A DNA stretch of 64,000 nt from an uncultured Candidatus Saccharibacteria bacterium (GCA_964350735.1 CAYGKO010000001.1:310578-374577); one strand, 5' to 3'; counted from the stretch's first letter, positions 29,726 through 39,631 are shown. Numbers and translations: made by a program. Notes: a model not told the origin generated them from the sequence alone.

Positions 29726-30115
29726 ATGAAATTAGTTGGGCACATTATTTTAATAGCAGTACTCGGAAGTATGTTCCTGAGTCTCTTTCATATGTCTACC
29801 GGAATGGACATGACTGGCGGAATGACAGATTGTCCGTTTATGGAACGTGGTGAGGTGATTTGCCCCATGAATCTAGCTGACCATATCGGAGCGTGGAAAG
29901 CCGCCTTTGTATCAGTTACTCCAACCATTGTCACGCTGCTAGTAATTGCTGGAACAGTTGCATTTATAGCTTCAACTGCGCCCTTCTTCTTTTCCCCAAA
30001 AAGAAAACCGATACCGATCCGGTTCAATGCACTTCGTGTGCGAACGTATTCATTTTCATATAGACCATTGCAAGAACTATTTTCTAGCGGAATTTTACAC
30101 CCCAAACTATTTTAG
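29726..30115 (+). CDS. Small membrane protein with CPFM..CPM..DH..W motif and C-terminal RPLQELFSSGILHPK
   Basis: Paralog of 17093..17524. Confidence 0.78.
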   Translation: MKLVGHIILIAVLGSMFLSLFHMSTGMDMTGGMTDCPFMERGEVICPMNLADHIGAWKAAFVSVTPTIVTLLVIAGTVAFIASTAPFFFSPKRKPIPIRFNALRVRTYSFSYRPLQELFSSGILHPKLF

Positions 30116-30170
30116 CTATGTACCCATGCGATCTTAATCGCAATATTACTAGCCTAGAAAAGTAAATAAC

Positions 30171-30827
30171 ATGCAAAAAATATACTTTATTGGTGCAAGC
30201 CTCTTTGCACCAGCCATTTCACTAGCTCATTCAGACGAACTGCACACAGCGTGGTACCAAGAACCGATGACGGTTGTCGGCATACTCGTAGCAGTTCTAT
30301 CTCTTGGTGCGCTTAGTTATGGACTCATTACCAAGCAAAAGAACTTCATGACGTTGCCAGTCATAGCGTTGGTAGCGGTAGCTGTCACAGGTTTAGTTTC
30401 CTTTGGTCAAAACAACCTCACCTACGAGCCAGACTTAGTGGTAACCAACTTTGGTGCTGGTCAGTCAGTCACCTTATACAAGAGCCCGAATTGTGGCTGT
30501 TGTAGTGGTCACGCAGCGGCACTCGAAGCAGCTGGCTTTGATGTCACGATTGAAGAAACAAATGAGCTTAACACTATTAAACAATCAAACAATATTCCTC
30601 TGGGTGGAGAGAGCTGTCACACGTCTATCATTGGTGATTACGTAGTAGAAGGTCATGTGCCACTAGAAGCCATTGAAAAACTACTGACTGAACAACCTGA
30701 CATTGCTGGTATTGGATTACCGGGAATGCCAATTGGCACACCAGGTATGCCAGGACCGAAGACTGCTCCTTATGAGGTTTATCAACTATCAAGCGATGGT
30801 GACATGTCACCATACATAACAATCTAA
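30171..30827 (+). CDS. DUF411 (CopG-like) metal-binding protein
   Basis: YKSPNCGCC, SCHT, VEGHVP, PGMPIGTPGM. Confidence 0.88.
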   Translation: MQKIYFIGASLFAPAISLAHSDELHTAWYQEPMTVVGILVAVLSLGALSYGLITKQKNFMTLPVIALVAVAVTGLVSFGQNNLTYEPDLVVTNFGAGQSVTLYKSPNCGCCSGHAAALEAAGFDVTIEETNELNTIKQSNNIPLGGESCHTSIIGDYVVEGHVPLEAIEKLLTEQPDIAGIGLPGMPIGTPGMPGPKTAPYEVYQLSSDGDMSPYITI

Positions 30828-30830
30828 TAT

Positions 30831-32552
30831 ATGAAATATATAGTAGTCATTGGTGTATTTCTTCTCCTTATCGGTGGGGTCTTCTGGTATACCAGTACAC
30901 CCAATATGATGGGAATGAACATGGACGGCATGATGATGGGACAAAACATCTCCAAAGAAGATAACTTATCAATCTTGCACGATGAGAATGTGTCTGAGGT
31001 CAAGCCAACTGAGATTGTTGAACTAAATGACGGCGACACGTTCGACCTCACCGCTTCAATCGTTAAACAAGAGGTTGGTAATCGAACCGTAAAACGTCTA
31101 GCATACAATGGTCAGATTCCTGGACCAATTCTCAAAGTAGAGAAAGGAGCTAATGTTACGGTTAACTTCACTAACAACATCGATATGGAGACCTCATTGC
31201 ACTCACACGGCCTTCGAGGTAACTGGGAAATGGATGGAGCTGTGCCGATTACTCCACCAGTAGGGGTTGGTGAAACCTTTAGCTATGAATTGGTATTTCC
31301 TGATACGGGCGTCTTCTGGTACCACCCACATGTTCGAGAAGACTACCAACAAGACATGGGACTCTACGGCAATATGGTGGTTGAGGAAGATGGCTACTGG
31401 AATGAAGTCGATCAAGAAGAGTACTTGATTATTGATGACATTCTCGAAGACGGTGAATACAGTCGAGAGGTAGTCACCAACACCCTGATGGGACGCTTTG
31501 GTGACCGACTGCTGATCAACGATCAAGAAGACTACAACCTGACCGTACAGCAAGGATCAATCACTCGGGTTGCCTTTACCAATGTGGCGAATACTCGCAC
31601 ATTCAAACTGAGCTTCCCAGGAGCACAAACTAAACTTGTTGGTGGCGACGCCGGTCGGATTGAGCAAGAAGTAATGATTGACGAACAGATTATTGGCACC
31701 TCAGAGCGCTACATCTTCGAACTCTATTACGACACACCTGGTACCTACCCAATTATGCACCGAGACCAAGAGATTGGTGCAGTGACGGTCGAGCCGTCTG
31801 GTATGAATCGTTTGGTCGCCTTTGAGACACTGCGAAGCAATGCGTCTGACTACGCAGACATCCGAAATCAAACATCTAGTCTACTGGCTAAGGCGCCAGA
31901 CAAGAACCTCCGTCTTGATATCGAGATGAAAGGTATGATGGGCGACATGATGATGAATGAACGTGGTATGGGTATGATGGATAACGATGAGATGGTAAAC
32001 CTGATGGGTATGGAAATGAATCGCCAGCAAGCCGTTGAGCATTGTGAAATGATGCCGAATATGGCTGGTTGTGAGCCGTTTGTTGGTGAAGCTGGAGACG
32101 ATATGACGGGAGGCATGATGGAAGAGGGAGAAGAAGCCGGACCACACGGCGAAGACGGTATTGAGTGGGAAGACGAAATGGCTATGATGAATCAGATGAG
32201 TACTGATGAAACTATTGAATGGGTTATTGAGGATATCGACACCGGTTTAGAAAACGGTGATATTGATTGGTCATTCCAAACTGGCGACTTAGTTAAAGTT
32301 CGTATCTACAATGATGAGAATGGGATGCATCCGATGCAACACCCAATTCACTTCCACGGACAGAAGTTTGTCATCTTAGCCAAAGATGGTGAGTTAAACG
32401 ATAACCTGCAGTGGAAGGACTCAGTACTAATCCCGACGGGAGAGACCTACGATCTATTGATTGAGATGAGCAATCCTGGTCAGTGGATGACACACTGTCA
32501 TATTGCTGAGCATCTTGAAGCAGGGATGATGTTCAACTTTGAGGTGAAGTAG
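30831..32552 (+). CDS. Multicopper oxidase with Met-rich insertion
   Basis: HSHG, FWYHPH, HPIHFHG, HCHIAEHLEAGMM. Confidence 0.95.
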   Translation: MKYIVVIGVFLLLIGGVFWYTSTPNMMGMNMDGMMMGQNISKEDNLSILHDENVSEVKPTEIVELNDGDTFDLTASIVKQEVGNRTVKRLAYNGQIPGPILKVEKGANVTVNFTNNIDMETSLHSHGLRGNWEMDGAVPITPPVGVGETFSYELVFPDTGVFWYHPHVREDYQQDMGLYGNMVVEEDGYWNEVDQEEYLIIDDILEDGEYSREVVTNTLMGRFGDRLLINDQEDYNLTVQQGSITRVAFTNVANTRTFKLSFPGAQTKLVGGDAGRIEQEVMIDEQIIGTSERYIFELYYDTPGTYPIMHRDQEIGAVTVEPSGMNRLVAFETLRSNASDYADIRNQTSSLLAKAPDKNLRLDIEMKGMMGDMMMNERGMGMMDNDEMVNLMGMEMNRQQAVEHCEMMPNMAGCEPFVGEAGDDMTGGMMEEGEEAGPHGEDGIEWEDEMAMMNQMSTDETIEWVIEDIDTGLENGDIDWSFQTGDLVKVRIYNDENGMHPMQHPIHFHGQKFVILAKDGELNDNLQWKDSVLIPTGETYDLLIEMSNPGQWMTHCHIAEHLEAGMMFNFEVK

Positions 32553-32571
32553 TCACTCTGAGAGATTGTAG

Positions 32572-32602
32572 AAGAAAACACCTGATTTTCAGGTGTTTTC
32601 TT
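32572..32602. terminator. Intrinsic terminator
   Basis: AAGAAAACACCTG-ATTTT-CAGGTGTTTTCTT. Confidence 0.75.
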
Positions 32603-32629
32603 ATTGTGTGTAAGTGGTATAAATAGTCT

Positions 32630-33262
32630 ATGTCAAATAGATGGGTAGAAAGTGTTAAAAAGAATCTCTTACCTCTGAGTAAAGAAAAAACCGACCTCAA
32701 CCAAGCATTGAGCGAGTGGTTTTATACTGGAGACACCTATGACCTTACTCGCCCTGAGGAAGATTGTGAATTGTGTGATCATCCTGGAATTAGATTTCAA
32801 TTTGAAATAAAAAATCAGCATACTAAAGAAGTTCTGCTAATTGGATCTGAATGTATATTACGATTCTCAATTTCAGCAATTGATGATGAAGGTAATGTAC
32901 TTGATCAAGTTTCCACTACCAAAAAAGTGCACCAAGATAGACGTAAACTTATATCTAACGCTAGAACAAAAAGAGTTATCACTAGCTTAGTAGATTTGTC
33001 ACAAAAAGATAAAGAGTTTGATGACATAAATAATTCAATTGAGTACTTTCAAGAGAGAGGAGCCTTTTCACCTAGACACCTGCTATTTCTATTATGGAGA
33101 ATGAAAAAGAGTGGCGTTTCATTTAACAAAACAGATTTTAAAATGACAATTAGAAGAAATAGAGAGAAAGATCAATTGTTAGCTATGAAGGACTGGGAAG
33201 TAAGAAAAATAAAGCCAGCCATGTCCGCCGCTCAACAAAAATGGTATCAAGAAAATTCATAG
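32630..33262 (+). CDS. Hypothetical protein with possible zinc-binding motif
   Basis: CELCDH..IGSECI; AT-rich; 210 aa. Confidence 0.7.
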   Translation: MSNRWVESVKKNLLPLSKEKTDLNQALSEWFYTGDTYDLTRPEEDCELCDHPGIRFQFEIKNQHTKEVLLIGSECILRFSISAIDDEGNVLDQVSTTKKVHQDRRKLISNARTKRVITSLVDLSQKDKEFDDINNSIEYFQERGAFSPRHLLFLLWRMKKSGVSFNKTDFKMTIRRNREKDQLLAMKDWEVRKIKPAMSAAQQKWYQENS

Positions 33263-34555
33263 TCATTTTACTATTGATAGTAATTTATTTTTTAGTATTA
33301 ATTTGCTTTCTAAGCTTTCAAATAGACTTCTTTTTTCATTAATATCACCATCTTTTAAAACGAACTTAAAATAATTTTTGACATCTTTATCCGATACTTT
33401 GATTTCAGTACTTTTGCCTGACAGTGCTAACTGAAACTTCTTAAATCTAGTTACTTCAGCTTTTAGTTTAATCAGCACGGTATTTTCTTTTAATTTTATT
33501 GTATCCACTAAATCTTGCAGTTGTGTTATTAGCTCAGTTTCATTTAAGTATCCACTTTTGCAATTCTTATCCTTAGCTTTGGTGCAACCGTAATATATGT
33601 GAGTATTGAACTTTCCATTCTTCAATTTCTTATACTTTTCATCAGCACTTATGCCTGAACCACACAAGCCGCAAGTCATGAGCTTAGTGAACGCAAATTC
33701 TTTATCCGTCCGCGTCTTCAATTCGTTGCCTTTAAGTTGTGTCTGTACTTCGTCATATAACTCTTTAGTTACAATCGGCTCATGTTTTCCTTGATACCAC
33801 TGACCGCTACCTTTGGGGTATTCAAAACTTCCATAATAGAAAGTGTTATCTAAGATTTTGTATATGTTTCCAAGACTCAGATGTTTCTTTCCCGCATGAG
33901 TCCTAAAGTTAAGCTCGAACTTCAGCCAGTGATAGAGTTTGCGACCAGACCATTGCTCATACGCTACTTTCTCGAACATCTGTTTAATGACTGGAGCACG
34001 GTCTTCATCTATCAAGCATTCATTCTTTCGGTCCAGTCTACGTTCTTTGATATATCCAGTGGCAGCGTTAGTAGGCCACAGACCCAGTTCACATCTAGCT
34101 CTCAGCCCACGCTTTACATTGATGCCTCTGTTGTCATTCTCTAGTTTTGCTTGAGAACACAGAATCATCAGCAAGAACTTCTCGTTAGGAGAGTTACTAA
34201 ATGTCTGTCCATACGTACGAATTGAATGTAATTTTTGCTCATCCATCAAATCCACTACTGAGCCTAAGTCACCAGCATTACGACTTAACCTATCTGGTGC
34301 CCACGTTAATATTGCATTAAACTTTTCCTGTTTCACATCTCCTAACAATTCTTTAAATATCGGTCTATTCCCAGAATCCTTAGCAGACTTTGATTCTCGT
34401 CTGATATCAACTACTTCAAGATTCTCACGCTCTGCAATCTGTAACATTTCGTTAACTTGAGATTCAATCGACAACGCTTGTCGCTCATCACTCTCAGTAC
34501 TTTTTCTTGCATACAAACAGTACTTTAATTTCTCCTCAGTTACTCCTTCTATCAT
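33263..34555 (-). CDS. Large serine recombinase (resolvase, recombinase and zinc-ribbon domains)
   Basis: YARKSTE catalytic motif, WAPDRLSRN, GKHEPIV, CGLCG..YYGC. Confidence 0.93.
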   Translation of the reverse strand: MIEGVTEEKLKYCLYARKSTESDERQALSIESQVNEMLQIAERENLEVVDIRRESKSAKDSGNRPIFKELLGDVKQEKFNAILTWAPDRLSRNAGDLGSVVDLMDEQKLHSIRTYGQTFSNSPNEKFLLMILCSQAKLENDNRGINVKRGLRARCELGLWPTNAATGYIKERRLDRKNECLIDEDRAPVIKQMFEKVAYEQWSGRKLYHWLKFELNFRTHAGKKHLSLGNIYKILDNTFYYGSFEYPKGSGQWYQGKHEPIVTKELYDEVQTQLKGNELKTRTDKEFAFTKLMTCGLCGSGISADEKYKKLKNGKFNTHIYYGCTKAKDKNCKSGYLNETELITQLQDLVDTIKLKENTVLIKLKAEVTRFKKFQLALSGKSTEIKVSDKDVKNYFKFVLKDGDINEKRSLFESLESKLILKNKLLSIVK

Positions 34556-34740
34556 GTATATATTAATGACAGACCAGTTTTTATTGCATAGCTATGCAAG
34601 CTAAATAAAACGTCACATACTCGCTTAGCAAAACTACCATTTAGCGATACAATCCCATTAATAGTAGTTTTCTGCTATTATGTTCAACACAACTGAATAC
34701 AAGGCCTAACCCTTTAGTTTCCTAGAGATATGGCCGACCA

Positions 34741-34881
34741 AACGCGATCAACGTAAAAACCCCGACATCAGGGGCGTTGATCGCGTTGCGTGGGGAAACT
34801 TGCGTAGGAACCTTCGGGTTCACCTTGGTGTTCGGGTTTTTGTGTACCTGAACATTTAATTACTCATAAAACGCGATCAAC
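34741..34881 (+). promoter_or_regulatory. Candidate structured 5' leader RNA
   Basis: AACGCGATCAAC twice with its complement between them, a second long pairing, and a UUCG tetraloop hairpin. Confidence 0.55.
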
Positions 34882-34885
34882 ATTT

Positions 34886-35644
34886 ATGGAAAAAAAAGAA
34901 ACTAAAATCACCCTCGGACTAATTGTCGGGTGGGTACTTGGAGTATTAGTAGGTATTGCTGGAGTGGGTCTGCTTTTCACCGAACCTATACCAGGAATAT
35001 TATTCATTCTGTTATCTTTGGTACTTTTACCTCCAGCTAATCGGATGATAAAAGAGAGATTTAATTTCTCACTCTCAGGCGGAGTAAAGGTAGTATTGGC
35101 AATCGTATTGTTTGTTATAGCTGGAGCGACTATGGATACTGAATCAGTTTCGGATGATAACCCTGTTGTTACTGACATACAGCAAGATACTCTTGAAGAA
35201 GTTGAAGCAAGTGATATGCCATCAAATGAAGTCGTCAGCGAGACTGAAGTAGCAGCGCAAGAACCTGTCTATATAGTGGATACACCAACTAACCAGCAAG
35301 CAGAAGAAAGTCCTGAAACTATTGTTGCGGCACCTGCGGTCGCCCAAGAACAGCCCACTCTGGGAGAAAGACAAGCTATCCGAGCAGCTCAAAACTATAT
35401 CGACTTTAAAGCCTTCTCAAGATCAGGTCTTGTTGAACAACTAGAATTTGAGGGATATTCAAGAACAGAAGCTGAATACGGTGTGTCGGGAATCACTGTC
35501 GATTGGAACGAGCAGGCTGCACTATCAGCTGCTAGCTACCTCGAATACACCAACTTCTCTCGTAGTGGTCTTATTGAACAGCTAGAATTTGAAGGATATA
35601 CGACAGCACAAGCTCAGTATGGAGCTACTGCTGTAGGGTATTAA
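34886..35644 (+). CDS. Ltp family (superinfection-exclusion-type) membrane protein
   Basis: Two C-terminal repeats A..Y....FSRSGL.EQLEFEGY; N-terminal TMs. Confidence 0.88.
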   Translation: MEKKETKITLGLIVGWVLGVLVGIAGVGLLFTEPIPGILFILLSLVLLPPANRMIKERFNFSLSGGVKVVLAIVLFVIAGATMDTESVSDDNPVVTDIQQDTLEEVEASDMPSNEVVSETEVAAQEPVYIVDTPTNQQAEESPETIVAAPAVAQEQPTLGERQAIRAAQNYIDFKAFSRSGLVEQLEFEGYSRTEAEYGVSGITVDWNEQAALSAASYLEYTNFSRSGLIEQLEFEGYTTAQAQYGATAVGY

Positions 35645-37248
35645 CATCTAGAGCTTTTTCGACTTTGTGGTGTATCTACGGTCTCAATCCGTTCTTTGGC
35701 TTCGGGAGTGAGACAATCAACATCTTGCAAGACATCGCGATAGTCGTGATACCAGCAGGTGTTGTCGTCCATTGATCCAGGCCCTAGAGACGCGATCAAG
35801 AAGGTACTTTCTTTAGTGAATTCTTCGACGATTTTGTGTATAAGGATTGAAAATGCGTCAGCTAGGTCGTCATGTTTTTCAACTCCAAAACCAATCATCT
35901 GCTCGATAAGATGTTCACAACCAGTATCAGGAAACAAGACAGTACCTTTTTGGATCATGGAAGACGTCAGAGCTAATCGAGTTCTTTTATCACTCTTTGG
36001 CTTAACTGATATCGCTCTCACTCCTTGTGAATCAAGCATCTGTGGCAGAGCGTCCTGGTATGCCACACTTTCCACAATTAGCTCGTCGGAACTACCATTC
36101 AAATGAATGTTGCTGTGCTGCTTCATCAGCTCTACTTGTTGTGGAAAGGTTAGTCGCTTGTTGATAAGATGAGGCTCGATAAAGATACGCAACGCTTCAT
36201 TGCGACCAAATATACGAGCGGTAACCATAGCAGTACAATCCGCGGTATCTTTTTGTGAGATAGCTAAATCAACGCCAGTGTATGTTGCTCGATACGCTTT
36301 ACTGGACCTCGGCGGCAGTTTGTCAGCATGGTAACAGCAGAGCCAGTCAGGATGAATAACCTGATCTTCATCTGGAATAATGTTGAGTAAGTATTCACGT
36401 TGCCACGCGATATCGTCACCAATTTTCTTTCGCTCCTTTTCAATAGAAGCCAGCGTTGGGAACTTTCCTGGCCAGGCTGATTTATTATCTTTAGTGATCA
36501 AGGCACAGGACATAAACGTGCCGTCTATTTCATTCTTTAAGGCTCGTTCTCGCAACCTCATAAGTAATGAGTCTTCATGAAGCAAGTTACCAACCACGAT
36601 CAAGCGGGTGTTTTGATCACCAGCCGGTATCACATCACCAGTGAGCCACTTGTGTGTTTTATTACGTCCCTCACGTGTTTTGGTGGAAGCTACATCTTCA
36701 ACGTCATCACAAATAAACAAGTCTGGTCGATGTTGATGGTGTCGCATCCCTCGGATACTTTGCTCTGACGAAGCAACAGTGATTCGAGCCTGAGTATTCG
36801 AGAACACAATCGAATGTGAACCCCATTCGTCTGAACTTTCACTAAATGGTCCAAGGTCATTTTTAAGCAACAAGTTATTCTCTAGCTCATTACGAATGTT
36901 CATCATATGTTGTTTGGCTTGTACTCGTGTCTGACAGAATATCACCACAAACTTCTTTTGTTGCTGACCAAGAATTGACCAGATAGGATAGGCGGTCGTA
37001 ATAATTGTTGATTTACCAGAGCCACGAAACGCCACAATGAATAGATTTTCATCAGGTTGATTTTCCACCTTTGCAATTAAATCTTTTTGGAAGGTAGCGG
37101 TTGGAAATAGAACGTAATGTGCGAAGTAGAAATGGAAGAAGTAGTTAAAACTACCCTGCATAACTTGTCGCCTGATCACCTTGTCTTTAGCAAGCGACTG
37201 GAACATCTCCTCAGGAATTGGATTTGGGTTATTGTTTTTCATCTTCAT
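35641..37248 (-). CDS. Phage terminase large subunit-like protein
   Basis: AFRGSGKST, HRPDLFICDDVED, GVDLAIS, HDDLADAFS nuclease motif. Confidence 0.88.
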   Translation of the reverse strand: MKMKNNNPNPIPEEMFQSLAKDKVIRRQVMQGSFNYFFHFYFAHYVLFPTATFQKDLIAKVENQPDENLFIVAFRGSGKSTIITTAYPIWSILGQQQKKFVVIFCQTRVQAKQHMMNIRNELENNLLLKNDLGPFSESSDEWGSHSIVFSNTQARITVASSEQSIRGMRHHQHRPDLFICDDVEDVASTKTREGRNKTHKWLTGDVIPAGDQNTRLIVVGNLLHEDSLLMRLRERALKNEIDGTFMSCALITKDNKSAWPGKFPTLASIEKERKKIGDDIAWQREYLLNIIPDEDQVIHPDWLCCYHADKLPPRSSKAYRATYTGVDLAISQKDTADCTAMVTARIFGRNEALRIFIEPHLINKRLTFPQQVELMKQHSNIHLNGSSDELIVESVAYQDALPQMLDSQGVRAISVKPKSDKRTRLALTSSMIQKGTVLFPDTGCEHLIEQMIGFGVEKHDDLADAFSILIHKIVEEFTKESTFLIASLGPGSMDDNTCWYHDYRDVLQDVDCLTPEAKERIETVDTPQSRKSSRC

Positions 37249-37630
37249 GTTGTTTAGTTGGGATAATTTGTGCCATCTCTAATGCTTTACGGACAATTGC
37301 TTCTTGTTCAGGATTTAGCTCGTCAATGTCGTGCTTATTGGTTACTTCAAGCTTGTCTTTATAGGCTGGGTGTCGCTTGTTCAGCCAAAAGCGAACCGCA
37401 GAAAAGTTCTTTTCTTTAATGAGTTGCAGTAGTTGGTTTTCACTCATGTCGTTCACAAATGCCACACCGTCGGACAGGGCTTTGTCGAACTCTTTTTCAA
37501 AGTCTTTATCCTCTCGCTTCCAGCGGTAGACGGTATTGCGTGATACACCTGTCTTCTCACAAGCTACCTGCACAATTGGCACCTTCTTAAGCTCCTCCAG
37601 GAATTGCTTAGAGTATTTAGGCTTTTTCAT
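37229..37630 (-). CDS. HTH protein, probable terminase small subunit
   Basis: ACEKTGVSRNTVYRWK HTH, AVRFWL; overlaps the large subunit start. Confidence 0.75.
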   Translation of the reverse strand: MKKPKYSKQFLEELKKVPIVQVACEKTGVSRNTVYRWKREDKDFEKEFDKALSDGVAFVNDMSENQLLQLIKEKNFSAVRFWLNKRHPAYKDKLEVTNKHDIDELNPEQEAIVRKALEMAQIIPTKQHEDEKQ

Positions 37631-38900
37631 AGTAGTTTTTGATTACTTTAACTTTTTGATCAGTTAGTTTTTCATAACGCCTTCGCACCACTTCGCAAAA
37701 CACAGGGCTTTGTTCAATGGTATATACTCGTCGTCCAAGTGACTCAGCCGCAATCAAAGTACTACCTGAGCCAGCAAAGGAATCAAGAATAATGTCGCCT
37801 GGTTTGGTGCAACGTTTGATTGCTTTCTCGTGGAGTGACGGTGGTTTAGATGTTGGGTGCTCATACTCAGATGATTTCAATCTTTTAGCGCCCCATACGT
37901 TACTGAGGTCTTCAAGTAGTTGATTGCCAGTCCCAAGTTCTTTGTTTTGCACTTCGGTAGCATCCTGCGTCTGTTTGGATAGGTGCGGACTTCCTATGGT
38001 GCCGTATACACAAAATTCGATCACCTTGTTAAACGCAACCGTTGGTGTTGGTGATGCGTTATTCTTGAGCCAGACGTTCAGTCGACGGTTTTTAATACTG
38101 AGTTCGTTGTATAAGATTTGGAATACCCAGACCCAAGCCTCGTCGCACCAGTAGAAGAAGTGAGTGTCTTTCGTGGATACTGCAAGAGCTGCTTCAAGTG
38201 TCTGCTTGATAAAGGCTTTATATTGATCTGGTTTCTTGTCGTCATCAACCCTGCCACCATATGAGGCTTTGTTACCGACACCTTTGTCGTAGTCCAAATT
38301 TATGTTGTATGGTGGATCAGAGTATATGAAGCTAGTCTTATCTTGTCCGAATAATGCCTCAACTGCTTTACTGTCAGTACAATCGGAACAAAGCAATTTG
38401 TGCTTGCCAAGGATAAGCAAATCACCTGATTCGATATCTGTATCTTTGGCAGTTTCGACTGCTTTCTCTTCATCAAAGTCGTCATTTTCTGTACTTAGAT
38501 CCTCATCCCAAAATGAAGCTAGTTCAAGATCGTCAAAACCTGAGTCGGTGAGTAGACCGAGATCAAAGCTCTTTAAGGCTTCGAAATCCCAGTCACCGGT
38601 AACTTTGTTAGAGGTGATGAGATATTCTTCATATTCTTTTTTGGTGAGCTTGCGATTCGGCACGCGCACGTCAACCTCTTCATGACCACGGTCAAGGAGT
38701 TGCATCACTTTAAGACGTTGGTGCCCGGCTATCACTTTGTTGTCTGTATCAATCGCTGGGATCTCAACTAGATTAAACTTCTCCAGACTTTGCTTTAATT
38801 TTTTAAGTTGTATATCGCTCAGGGTACGAGGATTGCTCTCGTACGGGATTAAATCTTTGATGACACGGGTTTCGGTGTGCCAAGCTAGTTTTTTAGACAT
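37617..38900 (-). CDS. ParB-N domain plus N6/N4 DNA methyltransferase
   Basis: PYESNPR..IAGHQRLK (ParB); SDPPYN, HPTSKP, ILDSFAGSGST (MTase). Confidence 0.9.
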   Translation of the reverse strand: MSKKLAWHTETRVIKDLIPYESNPRTLSDIQLKKLKQSLEKFNLVEIPAIDTDNKVIAGHQRLKVMQLLDRGHEEVDVRVPNRKLTKKEYEEYLITSNKVTGDWDFEALKSFDLGLLTDSGFDDLELASFWDEDLSTENDDFDEEKAVETAKDTDIESGDLLILGKHKLLCSDCTDSKAVEALFGQDKTSFIYSDPPYNINLDYDKGVGNKASYGGRVDDDKKPDQYKAFIKQTLEAALAVSTKDTHFFYWCDEAWVWVFQILYNELSIKNRRLNVWLKNNASPTPTVAFNKVIEFCVYGTIGSPHLSKQTQDATEVQNKELGTGNQLLEDLSNVWGAKRLKSSEYEHPTSKPPSLHEKAIKRCTKPGDIILDSFAGSGSTLIAAESLGRRVYTIEQSPVFCEVVRRRYEKLTDQKVKVIKNYYEKA

Positions 38901-39065
38901 TTTATTAAGTCTTACTTAAATAAAATGTGTAGATATAGAAAAAGCCTACGTCCACACACGAAATAAAGAGCGGTTAAGCTATCTATTTCTTGCGCGGAGT
39001 AGGCACGGTGGGTGAGACTATGCGTTACTCTTCTTTTTACTACGCAATATAGTATTTATATTAAA

Positions 39066-39479
39066 TCAAGTTGTCTTCTCTTTGGCAAGTCGACGTAGTA
39101 GACGCTTGCCACTTTTGCTCGCGAGGAATTGTTGTGTATCAGGACCAAATTTTACCGGTACTCCTTCTTTTGGTATTTGTAGGACTACCTTGTATCCGTT
39201 CGATTGTTCTTGTTGCACATACTCAACGAACGACGGATCCTTTTGTAGGTTTTCTGCGAAGACTGACCAGTCCTTGCCAATATCTCCAGTCGTTGGAGAG
39301 TAGATACGTCCAGGTTCATCTTTACGAAATGCTTTTGCTACTTTACGACCGACAGATTTTAATGGTGGATGCTTAGTGGTATGAACCAGAAAATCAGTGA
39401 TCTCGATCACTTTATATTTCTGGCCATGCACTGGTTTGTGCGGCTTGAGTTGCAATTCTGTTACAAACTCTTCTGCCAT
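39066..39479 (-). CDS. Hypothetical protein
   Basis: 137 aa ORF starting 3 nt after the small basic ORF; no motif recognised. Confidence 0.6.
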   Translation of the reverse strand: MAEEFVTELQLKPHKPVHGQKYKVIEITDFLVHTTKHPPLKSVGRKVAKAFRKDEPGRIYSPTTGDIGKDWSVFAENLQKDPSFVEYVQQEQSNGYKVVLQIPKEGVPVKFGPDTQQFLASKSGKRLLRRLAKEKTT

Positions 39480-39481
39480 AA

Positions 39482-39631
39482 CTACTTTCGCTTTCGGGTA
39501 CTTGGTCGCTGTGAAAGGGCACTACCAGCTGCAGTCTTTGATTTGCTTGAGGTACGTCCGTCACGGAGTACACTACTCGACGCTTTGGCGGCTCGTGAAC
39601 TCGTTACTTTGCTTCGGTTGCTTTTGGGCAT
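39482..39631 (-). CDS. Small basic protein (49 aa), absent from the ORF track
   Basis: Hand translation MPKSNRSKVTSSRAAKASSSVLRDGRTSSKSKTAAGSALSQRPSTRKRK*. Confidence 0.65.
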   Translation of the reverse strand: MPKSNRSKVTSSRAAKASSSVLRDGRTSSKSKTAAGSALSQRPSTRKRK

